From Porphyridium purpureum (Eukaryota), in assembly GCA_008690995.1 (NCBI GenBank), contig VRMN01000010.1, forward strand, positions 620,001-684,000: DNA of 64,000 nucleotides. The letters run 5' to 3'. The translations under genes were made by a program, and so were the position numbers. The notes under the pieces are model-generated. The model had not been told where the DNA came from and searched no databases. It worked only from the letters and a program-made list of their open reading frames with translations. Position 1 is the first letter of the stretch. The number at the start of each line of letters is the position of its first letter. This document shows, in pieces, positions 41,930 to 51,868 of this stretch.

Positions 41930-43345
41930 TCATTTTGTAAATATTGCATTCTTCCAGAGCGAGACCGCGCGCCGCACGTCGTGCGGAAGATTTTCAATTC
42001 TTACCAGGCCGTTGCCCTTCCCCTTTTCCTTGTGGGCCCCCGAGCGGCCATAAAGTAGCGTGGCCAGCGTGTAACACGCGTAGGCAAAGACGTCACTCGC
42101 GCGCGTGATCATGGCCACCTCGGCAACGCGAAGAACTTCGGAAAGCGACGTGCTCTTCTCGGCTAGTATGTCTTCTAGCGAGACGCTGATCAAGTTACGC
42201 AGCGACAAGTTCACTGCCGTCCACACGATCACCGTTCGATCAGCTGACCCCGAAACAAGCCCAGAACCATCGGGCGGCAGCCACGTGAGAGCAGAAACGA
42301 GATCCTCGTGTGTATGCAGGATTTGCAGGAGCTGTCCTGAGTGCGTTTCCCAAATCCGAATGCATCGATCGTGTGACCCAGTCGCGACCAAATTTCCGTT
42401 CGGATGTACGCATAAAGCATCGACCCGGTTCAAGTGCGGCAGCACGTGGCACAGTGATCCATCATCCGTGTTCCACATGCGCGCAGTGTGATCTTTTGAT
42501 ACGGAGACTAACACGTTTGTCCGACCAGCCCACGCGATATCCACCACTTGATCACGATGCCCATCTAGTACACACTTGACATCGCCAGAAATGATGTCCC
42601 ATACAATAACTCGCCTATCTTTGCTCGCAGATGCGAGCCACCTCCCGTCAGGAGAAAACACCACTCTTACAACCTCGAGCCCGTGTCCCACAAGCCGGTG
42701 AACTAAAGACCCGGCCCCGTTCTTCCCCGCCGCTTGCGCGCTCGAAATGTTCCAAAGCGCAATGGTTTTGTCCTTGGACGATGTGGCGAGCAATGATCCG
42801 TCTGGCGATTGGGAACAGTGGAGAACTGGAGCGCTGTGAGCGGCCAAGAGCAAGGGACACCGTCCGTACGTATCGATAAAGGCGACCGTTCCGTCTGATG
42901 AGCATATTGCGAGCACCGCGTACATGCCACTCGCCGGCATCTCTGCGTCATCCATGCCTGTCGACGCTGTCCTTTGTCGCTGCGTATCGGGTAGCGACCA
43001 TGCCAGCGCGTGAAGCCGCAGGAACGTGATATAATTCGCCGGGTTCGTCACATGGTGCAAGAGCCTTCCAGAGCGACTCGAATACAACCTGACCGTGACA
43101 TCGTCTGCGGCGCTCGCGCAGAAAGCCCCGCATTCACTCACGGCGACGAGCCAAACCCAGTCCTGCGCGTCCGCGAGCTCGAGCCGCAAGCGGCCCACTC
43201 GCGGGTCGAACACTCGGCACCGCCTGTCCTCCCACGAGCCGGCGACCAGCGTATTTCCGTCGCCGGACACAGCCATGCCGGAGACGCGCCCTTGCGTGCG
43301 CAGCACATGGCGCAAGCCCACTGTCCGTCGCGCCGTCATGCCCAT
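41930..43345 (-). CDS. WD40-repeat protein
   Basis: Repeated GH...SPDG..LAS.S.D...(V/L)W(D/N) units. Start at MGMTARR is inferred. Confidence 0.9.
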   Translation of the reverse strand: MGMTARRTVGLRHVLRTQGRVSGMAVSGDGNTLVAGSWEDRRCRVFDPRVGRLRLELADAQDWVWLVAVSECGAFCASAADDVTVRLYSSRSGRLLHHVTNPANYITFLRLHALAWSLPDTQRQRTASTGMDDAEMPASGMYAVLAICSSDGTVAFIDTYGRCPLLLAAHSAPVLHCSQSPDGSLLATSSKDKTIALWNISSAQAAGKNGAGSLVHRLVGHGLEVVRVVFSPDGRWLASASKDRRVIVWDIISGDVKCVLDGHRDQVVDIAWAGRTNVLVSVSKDHTARMWNTDDGSLCHVLPHLNRVDALCVHPNGNLVATGSHDRCIRIWETHSGQLLQILHTHEDLVSALTWLPPDGSGLVSGSADRTVIVWTAVNLSLRNLISVSLEDILAEKSTSLSEVLRVAEVAMITRASDVFAYACYTLATLLYGRSGAHKEKGKGNGLVRIENLPHDVRRAVSLWKNAIFTK

Positions 43346-44326
43346 GCCATGTCTAGTTCCCCGTGCTGTGCCGGAACTTGTGTCTGGCTTGCCCCATGCC
43401 CCAAACCAGGAACCGGCGTCATCAGCGCTCCCAAAGTGGCGAAACAACAGGCGAACCGGCGCGTCAAACGGTTGATCGGTCTTCCTAGGGGTACAGCGGT
43501 TCTCCTGATCTTTTTTCGGGGGGTTCTGCGTTTTCGCGGATTAGGGTTGCAAGCAAGATAAAAAGGTACTAGCCAAACACGCCCCGAAATGAGAGGAACC
43601 AGGAACCGTCTGCTTCTGAGAAAGCTAGTTGGCTAAAATTATACGACATCTAAAAAAGAAAGGTGCACTGTACCGCTAACCGATAAACCGTGCGATGTGA
43701 TGTTTTGACGGTTTTCTACTTAGCATTTTTAACGGTTACCAAGTCGGCTCAGTAAATCATGGAACCTTGCAACGAAACCGTTTTGTGTGCGCTGGTAAAC
43801 CGCGAAAGCGTCGGGTTGAACCGGTTAAGAGCTGCACGTCGCAAGACAGATTGGTTGAACCTCGGGGGGTTGCGATGTGCGTGCCGGCGGCACGCAGCGC
43901 GGATGGTTGAAATGCTTGTGGGCCTGCTTGTGCGCGCAGCAGCACGGAGCTTGGCATGGCTGCGCTGAAAGAGCGTCACAACAGCTTGTGGAGCGCGCAT
44001 CTGTGCGAAGCATTCGTCGGCATTGACCACCGGGTTGGGGCTTTGAGAACTCAGCTTGGTGTTACTCTAACGCCATAGTGAAATAACGCCACCAGATAAC
44101 ATTCTGGCGATACGAAAGGAACAGGATTTCCGGGAATTTGTCACGTAATTTCATAGGAAGCTCGTGAGGATTCGCGGAGAGCTGGAAGGGCGGCGTCCTT
44201 GGGAGCGCGTAGGTTGGCTGCAGAAACCTGGCTTTGGGACACATGCGGTGTCGCGGGCACTGCCGCGGAGCGACTGGCTCGGAAAAAGGCGCGACGTATA
44301 GCGGTTGGGCTGGATTAACCCGGTGA

Positions 44327-45169
44327 ATGTTTCAAGTGGCTCTTGTCCTCGAACCTGTTGGAACTATCGCAGAGGTCCCACTACACATGGCTGCTGCTGC
44401 TGCTGCTCGTAGTGATGGTGTTGGAAGCGCGTCGCCTCTGGAAGCGTCGCTCGACTGCGATGGATCCCGATGTCACTCAGAGTGCGAGCTCCGACATCTG
44501 GACGAGTTTGAAAGGGCAGCACGAGAAACGCCTTGCGCGAAGCCCTCAAGGTTGGTGATTTGCGCTGGACCTGAGCGCTCTGGAAGCACATGGTTATACA
44601 ATGCCGTGCGCCATCTCTACTCGGCTTGTGAATCTGCATGTGACTCCTACTGGATCCATTGTCTGGACGCATCCAAAATTGAGCGACGCCTGAATGAAGA
44701 CCGGACAGTTCTTGTGAAAACGCACGAATACAATTCGGATTACGACCGCTGGCTCTTTTCTCAGTACAACCCAATTGTCGTTACGACACATCGCGACCTG
44801 CGGGAGGTACTTGTGTCGTACATGCGCGTTGGTTGGGCGCGCGACATCCCACGCGAGTATGTCGACCAGCACATGAAGTGGCTGAAGCATGCCTCTATGG
44901 ATATTGGTTTCGAGCAGATTCTTGCGGAGCCTGAGCAAGTTTTGCGCAGTCTCGCTGGACTGCTACAGTTGGATGAGTCAAAAGCCGCGCTTGCGAAGCA
45001 CAGGGTCGACGCGCTCAAACCAGCAAGCGACCGCGTGGACCAAGTGACCAAAATGTGGCCTTCCCACAAGTCAGGTGGGCAGAGGCGGAGCAAGCAGGAG
45101 TTCAACGACCTGGTTGCGCGTTTCTCCGAGTTCTACGACCACTATCCCGAGCTCCTCTCCGACGCGTGA
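44327..45169 (+). CDS. P-loop sulfotransferase-like protein
   Basis: 5'-PSB-like GPERSGSTWLYN, LVKTHE, 3'-PB-like HRDLREVLVS. Confidence 0.75.
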   Translation: MFQVALVLEPVGTIAEVPLHMAAAAAARSDGVGSASPLEASLDCDGSRCHSECELRHLDEFERAARETPCAKPSRLVICAGPERSGSTWLYNAVRHLYSACESACDSYWIHCLDASKIERRLNEDRTVLVKTHEYNSDYDRWLFSQYNPIVVTTHRDLREVLVSYMRVGWARDIPREYVDQHMKWLKHASMDIGFEQILAEPEQVLRSLAGLLQLDESKAALAKHRVDALKPASDRVDQVTKMWPSHKSGGQRRSKQEFNDLVARFSEFYDHYPELLSDA

Positions 45170-45356
45170 GCTGTGGCGGCGCCGCCGGCAGCGGCCAAAT
45201 GTTGTTGGGCGCATGTTTGTGACAGACGACGGAAGACGCGTCGCTTTACTAGTAAAAAGTCCCCTTTTTATATAGAGCGCAGGCCACTTGCACCGGACGG
45301 CGCTGTGGGCTCAACAGGGTGTGGGGCGATTCGCGGAAAGCACAAAAGAGCATGGG

Positions 45357-47795
45357 ATGCCGACTCACTGTCGCCAACGCGGTCACATGGAGCTACTGCG
45401 GCTGCCTCGTGCCGCATTTGTAGGATGCTGCGGAGAAGCTTACTGGCGGATACGACCACGGCGACAGCGCGGCGCGCGTGTTGTATGTGCCATGTCGGCA
45501 GAGGACGAAAGCAGGAAGCAGGAACAACCTCAGCTTCAGCAGCAGATGCAGAACCGGCAACGCACGAATGAAAGTAAGAGTAGGACAGCGATACAACCGA
45601 AAACAGGGCCGTCACGCGTTTCATCACGGAAAGCGGTAAGTCTCATCGAGGAACGGAATACAAGGCGGAACCGTGTGCAGAAGCTGTTGACCCGAGGATA
45701 TCTGGATGCCGCGGTGGTCGAGCTGCTGCGTGGCACAAGCGTGTACCAATTGGTCACGGCTGCCGGCAGCTCGGACATGTCTGCTGCTCTAGAGTCACCT
45801 GAACCAAAATCCTCTGAGATGGCTGACGACAATTCCGTGCCTTCGCGGCCGCACTATGCGCCTGGCCTTGTATTTGGAACACGCTACTTCAACCTGGTTC
45901 TCAATGCGCTTGGGAAGGCGTGCAAGACGAGCGAATGTGAGATGCTCTTTGAAGCCTTTGAAGTGGTGGAGGTGAGAAAGGATGTGGCATCTTACGCAAT
46001 CATGATGTGCGCGCTGATGACGCGGAAAAAATATGACCTTGCGCTTGAAGTATACGAGCGCCTCAAAAGGGACACAAGTGTCAAGCCGAATGCGCACATT
46101 TATTGCATTGTTATTCAATTGTATGGCGCTCTGGGAAAGTTGCATGAAGCAGAACGCTTTTTGAATCACGTGAGGAGCGACAAGTCGAGTGTGCGACCAA
46201 CCGTTGCTGTGTACAATGCATTGTTCATGTTGTACGCCAAGCAAGGCAGACATTCGAGAAGCGGTGGCCATACCCCTAGCAACGCGCTGAAAAAGGCTCT
46301 TCAAATGTACGAGCAAATGGAAGCAACTGGTCTACTGGGCGACGCCGTGACATTCGGAACATTGATTCACGCGTGCGCACGAGAGAAAAATCTTAGTCGC
46401 GCGTTTGAATTGTTCGGGATAGTCCGTAGGCGCGGAATTATGCCGAGCCTGATTACGTACAATAGCTTGGTGCACGCGTGCGCATTGGCGGATCGGCCGG
46501 ATCTTGCATTTTCTGTTTACAGCTGGATGAGCGTCGACAAACGCATTCCCGATCTGTACACGTACAATTCGCTCCTGTTGGCGTACAGCAGGCTGGGCGA
46601 TGTGGACAGTGCTTGGGAGGTGTTTGAAAACCTCGTGGACACACGGCAGGACTCGATCACACCAGACGTTTTCACTTATAATACTTTGATTTCGGCGTGT
46701 ATTCGGGGTAGGAATTTGAGGCGCGCTTTTCAGGCATTCAGCATGCTGTGCGATAAGCCTGCCTCTGTCGCACCAGACCACACCAGCTTCAATCTGATGA
46801 TCGATGCATGCGGGAAAACGTGGCAGCTCGACGAAGCCATGAATTTTCTTACCAAGATGACGATGTATCAAATTCGACCTACCTTGGTCACGTACAATTC
46901 ATTGCTAAATGCGTGCGCGAACGCAGGCGATATGGCGCTGGCCAGACTCGTTTACCAAAGGCTACTGAATGACAACCTTGTCCCAGACGTCATTTCGCTG
47001 AACACCCTGGTCAAGGGCTATTGTGGCATTGGTGACCTAGCGCGAGCGGAAAGCATTGTGGGTGAACTTGGGCTGTCTTTCGGCGTGTCGCCCGATCGCG
47101 TGACGTTCAACACATTCATACACGCGTACACGCAAAGCAGCAACCTGGAGAATGCGTGGAAGAAGCTCTCGCAACTCCAAAAATCCGGCTTCAAGCCAGA
47201 CATCTCAACGATTAATGCGCTTTCGTCGGCGTGTTCGAAGGACTTTCCTGGCCGCGCGGAGTTTGCTGTGCGGCTCGTGAAGCTGATGCGGTATTACGGT
47301 ATCAGCGCCGACATCAATACGTACGCCACCCTGATCGAGGCTTGTGTCAACGGCGGCAACGAAGACGAAGGGTTCGCTCTGTACGAGCAGATGATCAGCC
47401 GCCATTCGGGTTCTGAGACGGACGTCCTGAGTCGGTCTCCGATTGAGAATCTGATGCAAGCCTCGTCTCAAATGAAACGAGATCTGAACGGCTTGGGCGC
47501 GTCGCACAAGGCGTTTCTTGCTTTTGTCGCGTCCATTCGCGATCAAGGCGATCAAGATCCGAAAGGTGGGTGGACTTCTTCCAGTGGAGGCTCTCGTGAT
47601 TCACACGATGCGACCAGGGCTGAATCGGTGGATAATCTGGTGAACGAAAGAATCACACGGCGGCATTATAGAGAAAGCGTCGAAGCCAATTCCCAAGAAC
47701 GGGACATCGTTGTTATGAACCAGGCCGTGAGCGCACAAATTGGGTGCGCCCATGACGAGGAGTTTGAATATGAGCAAAGTATTGAACTAAGCTAA
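45357..47795 (+). CDS. Pentatricopeptide-repeat protein, probably organelle-targeted
   Basis: Many 35-aa repeats (PD..TYNSL..AC...G); N-terminal AAFVG..R-rich transit-like peptide. Start may be 45387. Confidence 0.92.
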   Translation: MPTHCRQRGHMELLRLPRAAFVGCCGEAYWRIRPRRQRGARVVCAMSAEDESRKQEQPQLQQQMQNRQRTNESKSRTAIQPKTGPSRVSSRKAVSLIEERNTRRNRVQKLLTRGYLDAAVVELLRGTSVYQLVTAAGSSDMSAALESPEPKSSEMADDNSVPSRPHYAPGLVFGTRYFNLVLNALGKACKTSECEMLFEAFEVVEVRKDVASYAIMMCALMTRKKYDLALEVYERLKRDTSVKPNAHIYCIVIQLYGALGKLHEAERFLNHVRSDKSSVRPTVAVYNALFMLYAKQGRHSRSGGHTPSNALKKALQMYEQMEATGLLGDAVTFGTLIHACAREKNLSRAFELFGIVRRRGIMPSLITYNSLVHACALADRPDLAFSVYSWMSVDKRIPDLYTYNSLLLAYSRLGDVDSAWEVFENLVDTRQDSITPDVFTYNTLISACIRGRNLRRAFQAFSMLCDKPASVAPDHTSFNLMIDACGKTWQLDEAMNFLTKMTMYQIRPTLVTYNSLLNACANAGDMALARLVYQRLLNDNLVPDVISLNTLVKGYCGIGDLARAESIVGELGLSFGVSPDRVTFNTFIHAYTQSSNLENAWKKLSQLQKSGFKPDISTINALSSACSKDFPGRAEFAVRLVKLMRYYGISADINTYATLIEACVNGGNEDEGFALYEQMISRHSGSETDVLSRSPIENLMQASSQMKRDLNGLGASHKAFLAFVASIRDQGDQDPKGGWTSSSGGSRDSHDATRAESVDNLVNERITRRHYRESVEANSQERDIVVMNQAVSAQIGCAHDEEFEYEQSIELS

Positions 47796-47865
47796 CTTGA
47801 CCGAACAGCGTGTCATACAGTAAATACAAGCGACCTAATCTATTTTCTGCGGAACGTTTGCGCGC

Positions 47866-49158
47866 TTAAACCTCCTCTTCCTCGAGGCTGTTTGAACCTA
47901 GGCGCTTCTTCTCGACCCTGCTCTCCTGTAAAATGGTTGAAAGCGTGACGCGCTTTTCGGCACCTACTTTGTACGCAAGCAATTGTTTCGGGTGCAATAC
48001 ACCACGGTCCGGCTCGTCGGTCACGTTGTCAGCGTGTCTAATCGGGTCGTCAAACTTGAACGGGGCGTCTTTGAGATTGATTTCGCCCTGAACGAGATTG
48101 TGCCCGCCTTGACTATTCCCCACAACCATGTATGTGACTTGTTCACGCTTTACGGCTTGCACGAGATTCCATGCAACCCCAATGCCGTGCTCAGCATACT
48201 TCTGCAGTCCGTTCCAACTGAAAACCATGTCAACGTTCGTCGGAAAATGCTTAAAGTGGCGCACGTCAGTGGGAATGAATTCCGGAAGTCCCGCCCCAGT
48301 GAAAGAGTCTGAAACTTCCAGCTGCCTTAGCTGCTCATGGTCGTCGTCAAGACAGTAGTACTTAAAATTGCGGATTTCAAAATCAAGAATCGCAAGAAGC
48401 TGCGGCATCCACACAGCATTATCCGTGCAAGGATAGTCTGCAAGTGATTTGACGCCCAGCTGCTTAATCCACTTGTACATAAGGGAACTCACCTTGGTCA
48501 CATTCACGCCGCGCACGAGGCCAAAGTCCAGCCCGGTGAAGTGCAGACGCGTCCCATTCACAACTTTGTACATGTAGCGTTCCGGCACATTGTGAGTGAG
48601 CGAGTCGTCTCGGGATTGTACAACAATGTTCTCACCACGGGCGGTAGAATCTTCCGCGTCAAGAACTTTGCGCAACTGGCGAATCCGCGCCATGTCGGCG
48701 CGTCTTGCTTCTGCCTGCATGCGCTCTGTGCGTTGCATGTCTTCATCAGAAACCGTCACACTATCCTTGTAGTCTTGAATGGTAATCCCACTCAATCGTG
48801 CCGAGCCATTTCCGCCTGAAGAAGACGTTATTCCTGCGAGTAGTTGGTCTCCGGCAACGTCGGCGCGGTTCTCAGCGACACCCATCGACGCAGAGTTGTC
48901 ATGACTCATCACCTGATTTTGAGCCGAGAACGCAGACCCCGAGCCAGCCAGACGGTCCTGAAACACGAGCACAACGACCATCAACGCGGCTAGCAACCAT
49001 TTCAACACGCCCGCCACAGACACGCCCTCTACGTACGGCTGGAGGCGACAACTGAGCTCTTTCACGTATCTCTCAACAGCGGCGGGCAAAATCGAGCTGC
49101 CGAGACCGCCGCTTGCCGCCGCCAAGGAGGACGACGCGCGCGACTGCTTCTTCCCCAT
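47866..49158 (-). CDS. Type II membrane protein with methyltransferase-like lumenal domain
   Basis: TM WLLAALMVVVLVF; VKSLADYPC...WMP, YYCLD, DMVFSW, INLKDAPFKF. Confidence 0.55.
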   Translation of the reverse strand: MGKKQSRASSSLAAASGGLGSSILPAAVERYVKELSCRLQPYVEGVSVAGVLKWLLAALMVVVLVFQDRLAGSGSAFSAQNQVMSHDNSASMGVAENRADVAGDQLLAGITSSSGGNGSARLSGITIQDYKDSVTVSDEDMQRTERMQAEARRADMARIRQLRKVLDAEDSTARGENIVVQSRDDSLTHNVPERYMYKVVNGTRLHFTGLDFGLVRGVNVTKVSSLMYKWIKQLGVKSLADYPCTDNAVWMPQLLAILDFEIRNFKYYCLDDDHEQLRQLEVSDSFTGAGLPEFIPTDVRHFKHFPTNVDMVFSWNGLQKYAEHGIGVAWNLVQAVKREQVTYMVVGNSQGGHNLVQGEINLKDAPFKFDDPIRHADNVTDEPDRGVLHPKQLLAYKVGAEKRVTLSTILQESRVEKKRLGSNSLEEEEV

Positions 49159-49458
49159 GACACCCGGCTTTCGCTTGTGGCAGCCACGTCGAGCCCCACC
49201 GCAACAAGTGCGGCCCGATGCCAAAGTCAGGCAAGCTTGGCAGCTAATCGGTTTATCGGCTTCTCCCCAAACCGAGCGCTGTAACCAGAAACCGCTGCAT
49301 AAGGTACAGTGATCACTGTACTTACGGTACAGTGGCGTTTCAGATTGAGCTCCGGGCGCGTCGCGGAAGGAACCTCGTGAGGGACACCGCACGCATGGCA
49401 TGGGCGCATCGGCGATGCTGCGAAAGGAGAGATGGGTCCAGACAGGTTATGTGATGCG

Positions 49459-50577
49459 ATGGCTTTCGCAGGTCAGCTTGACTCTGTGAAGGCGACTCTG
49501 CGTTCGCGGCCGCGGAAAGGTGCTTTTTGCTCCACGCTGGCGCAGCTGAGAAGGGACAATGCGGTTCGTGCGCGACGGACCGTGGCGCCAGGCTGGTTGC
49601 AAAGGTCAGCGCAAGAGCCCGGCTCGTCGCGATTGCGAATGGGAGCTTCTGGTTCTGAATCAATTCCTCAAGTTGGAGTTGCCGTGACACGGGAAGCTGG
49701 GAAGAACGACACGATGCGCGAGTTGTTGGTTTCCAAGCATAGGGACAATCGCACGCTCGATTCGGCACAACCGTTTCACATTCAAGTGCACGAAATCCCG
49801 TGCATCACGCACACGCAGGTTCCGGAGGGCCTGCAAAAGTTGGATGATGCTCTCAGGCAAGACGGCGGTCTCGGGCACGAATTTGAGTGGGTCGTGATCA
49901 CGTCACCGGAAGCAGCGCACAACTTTCTGTTCGCAGTAGAAGCGGCGGCGCAATCGACTGAATCCAGCAACTCTGATGCTTACGCTGCTCTTGCCAACGT
50001 GAAGGTTGCCGCTGTTGGGAAAGCCACATGTGACGCGTTGGAGGAGGGAGGTGTATCTGTTGACTTTGTTCCTTCTGTCGCATACGCAGATGCACTTGGC
50101 ACGGAATTGCCCAAGTCAGATCTCTCGCTTTCTTCGCAGACCGGCTGTAAAGTGCTGTATCCTGCTTCAGCTCGCGCTCAGCGCACCTTGCAAACAACAT
50201 TGGAACAACGAGGATTCCAGGTTACGCGCTTGAATATCTACGACACCGTCGCGGCAGTCTTTTCCGAAAGGGAGCGGCATTTGGCTGGGCACAGCGTGGA
50301 CATTGCGTGTTTTGCCTCCCCTAGCGCAGTGAGTGCGTGGCACAAAGAGATGCAGGGTGTGCTTCCAGCTTGCGCAGTTTGCATTGGGAAGAGCTCAGCG
50401 CTCCGATGTGTCGAGTTGGGGATGGCTGAACACACAGTGTTCTTTCCCCAGAATCCAGGGGTGGGCTCTTGGGCAGAAATGGTTTTTGTTGCTGCGGCTT
50501 CTCTGCTAGAAATGAATTCGTTCACGACGTTTAGTGGCAAGCCGAGTGAGGCCCTTGAAGCCGGACCCCAAAATTGA
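49459..50577 (+). CDS. hemD: Uroporphyrinogen-III synthase, plastid-targeted
   Basis: MAF transit peptide; VAVTREAGKN, WVVITSPEAA, AAVGKAT, VLYPASARA, RLNIYDT, FASPSAV, CIG. Confidence 0.93.
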   Translation: MAFAGQLDSVKATLRSRPRKGAFCSTLAQLRRDNAVRARRTVAPGWLQRSAQEPGSSRLRMGASGSESIPQVGVAVTREAGKNDTMRELLVSKHRDNRTLDSAQPFHIQVHEIPCITHTQVPEGLQKLDDALRQDGGLGHEFEWVVITSPEAAHNFLFAVEAAAQSTESSNSDAYAALANVKVAAVGKATCDALEEGGVSVDFVPSVAYADALGTELPKSDLSLSSQTGCKVLYPASARAQRTLQTTLEQRGFQVTRLNIYDTVAAVFSERERHLAGHSVDIACFASPSAVSAWHKEMQGVLPACAVCIGKSSALRCVELGMAEHTVFFPQNPGVGSWAEMVFVAAASLLEMNSFTTFSGKPSEALEAGPQN

Positions 50578-50660
50578 CAAAATGAAAAAAAAATAAAAAA
50601 AATTTGAGTGATACGGAGACAGACTTTCATCATGAAATGCGTTTTGCTTCGAGACCAAGA

Positions 50661-51488
50661 TTATGGACAGCAGGCCGATGATTCGAGCAATGCAGATTCA
50701 AAACCGGCCCGATTGCTGGAGCTGCGCCGTAGCACTGCGGCAACAACAGGAAGCAGACCAAATTTAAACGCGGAAATCAAAACCTTTTTCGTGGTTGGCG
50801 GCAGATTTTTCCAAACGGGTGTAGGCCCCTGCGCGGTATTGGCAAGAGCAGCCTCCTTGAGTTTGGCAACCACGGCGTCTCCGCGCGCGGTCATCGTGTC
50901 GCGCAGCTCCGCACGAACTGCACGGAACGCGGAATTCCACGCGAACAGAAGATTCGACTCTTTGGCGTCCTGATACCTGCTCTGCGTGCCGCAAATCTGG
51001 TCAAATTGAGCTGTGTACTTGGTGACCAAGCGGCATCGGAGGCGCAAGAGCGAGGCGGGCGAGAGGCCGACCGAGCGGCGCAGTTCCTGCTCCATCCGAA
51101 GCGTGCACCTGGACGCCAGCCCTTTCGCCAGAATGCGCGCACAATGCGTCGCTAGATCTGTAAGCTCTTCCATACTCCAACGGCGGACTTTGTGAATGGC
51201 TGAATGACACAAACCATCCAGTACTGCCCGTTGGTACGCCTGTTCCCCTTCGTCATGGACACCTGCAAGTGTCACATCCCGATGCGCGCAGTGCATCTCG
51301 ACCATGCGTGTCAAATGCAGGCGCGTGGCCACGGCCACATCGCGTTCCATGTCTATAAGCATTGACACCCACCTGGCCATGTTTTCGCGCTCCGCCTCAA
51401 GCACTGCGGCTACGTTGGCGGACGCAAACTGGCGCGTCCATGTGCGCCGCCACGCCAACAGGCAAACCTCCAGTTCTGTGTCGCCCAT
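50661..51488 (-). CDS. Hypothetical helical protein with C-terminal hydrophobic segment
   Basis: Longest ORF between convergent hemD and the channel gene; no family recognised. Confidence 0.5.
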   Translation of the reverse strand: MGDTELEVCLLAWRRTWTRQFASANVAAVLEAERENMARWVSMLIDMERDVAVATRLHLTRMVEMHCAHRDVTLAGVHDEGEQAYQRAVLDGLCHSAIHKVRRWSMEELTDLATHCARILAKGLASRCTLRMEQELRRSVGLSPASLLRLRCRLVTKYTAQFDQICGTQSRYQDAKESNLLFAWNSAFRAVRAELRDTMTARGDAVVAKLKEAALANTAQGPTPVWKNLPPTTKKVLISAFKFGLLPVVAAVLRRSSSNRAGFESALLESSACCP

Positions 51489-51868
51489 CGTTCTTCGGCA
51501 CCACGCGCGCGAACCACCCGCTGCCAAGGTCGTGACGTTCTCGCACGGCTGAAGCGAGCCACACACACGGTTTGTACCCTCCGTTTGTCGCAACACCCTC
51601 AGCGCAGCACAGCGCAGCCAGCCTTATCTACCCCGCGGAACGCTTGTACACGCAACACACGGCTGACTCGCCACACGCACAGCCCGCCGAATGCGCGTGC
51701 CATGCCGTGTTCTTCGTTGGCTGCGTGCGTCATGCGACGTGGCGCGCTGGTCCGAGTCAGCCACGTGCACGCGCCTGTGTAACGGAATTGGGGGGAAACG
51801 GACGTACAGTAGGTACTGTGGCAATCAATCTGCGCATGGGACAGTGCAAGCAGACCGTCGCGCGCCGT

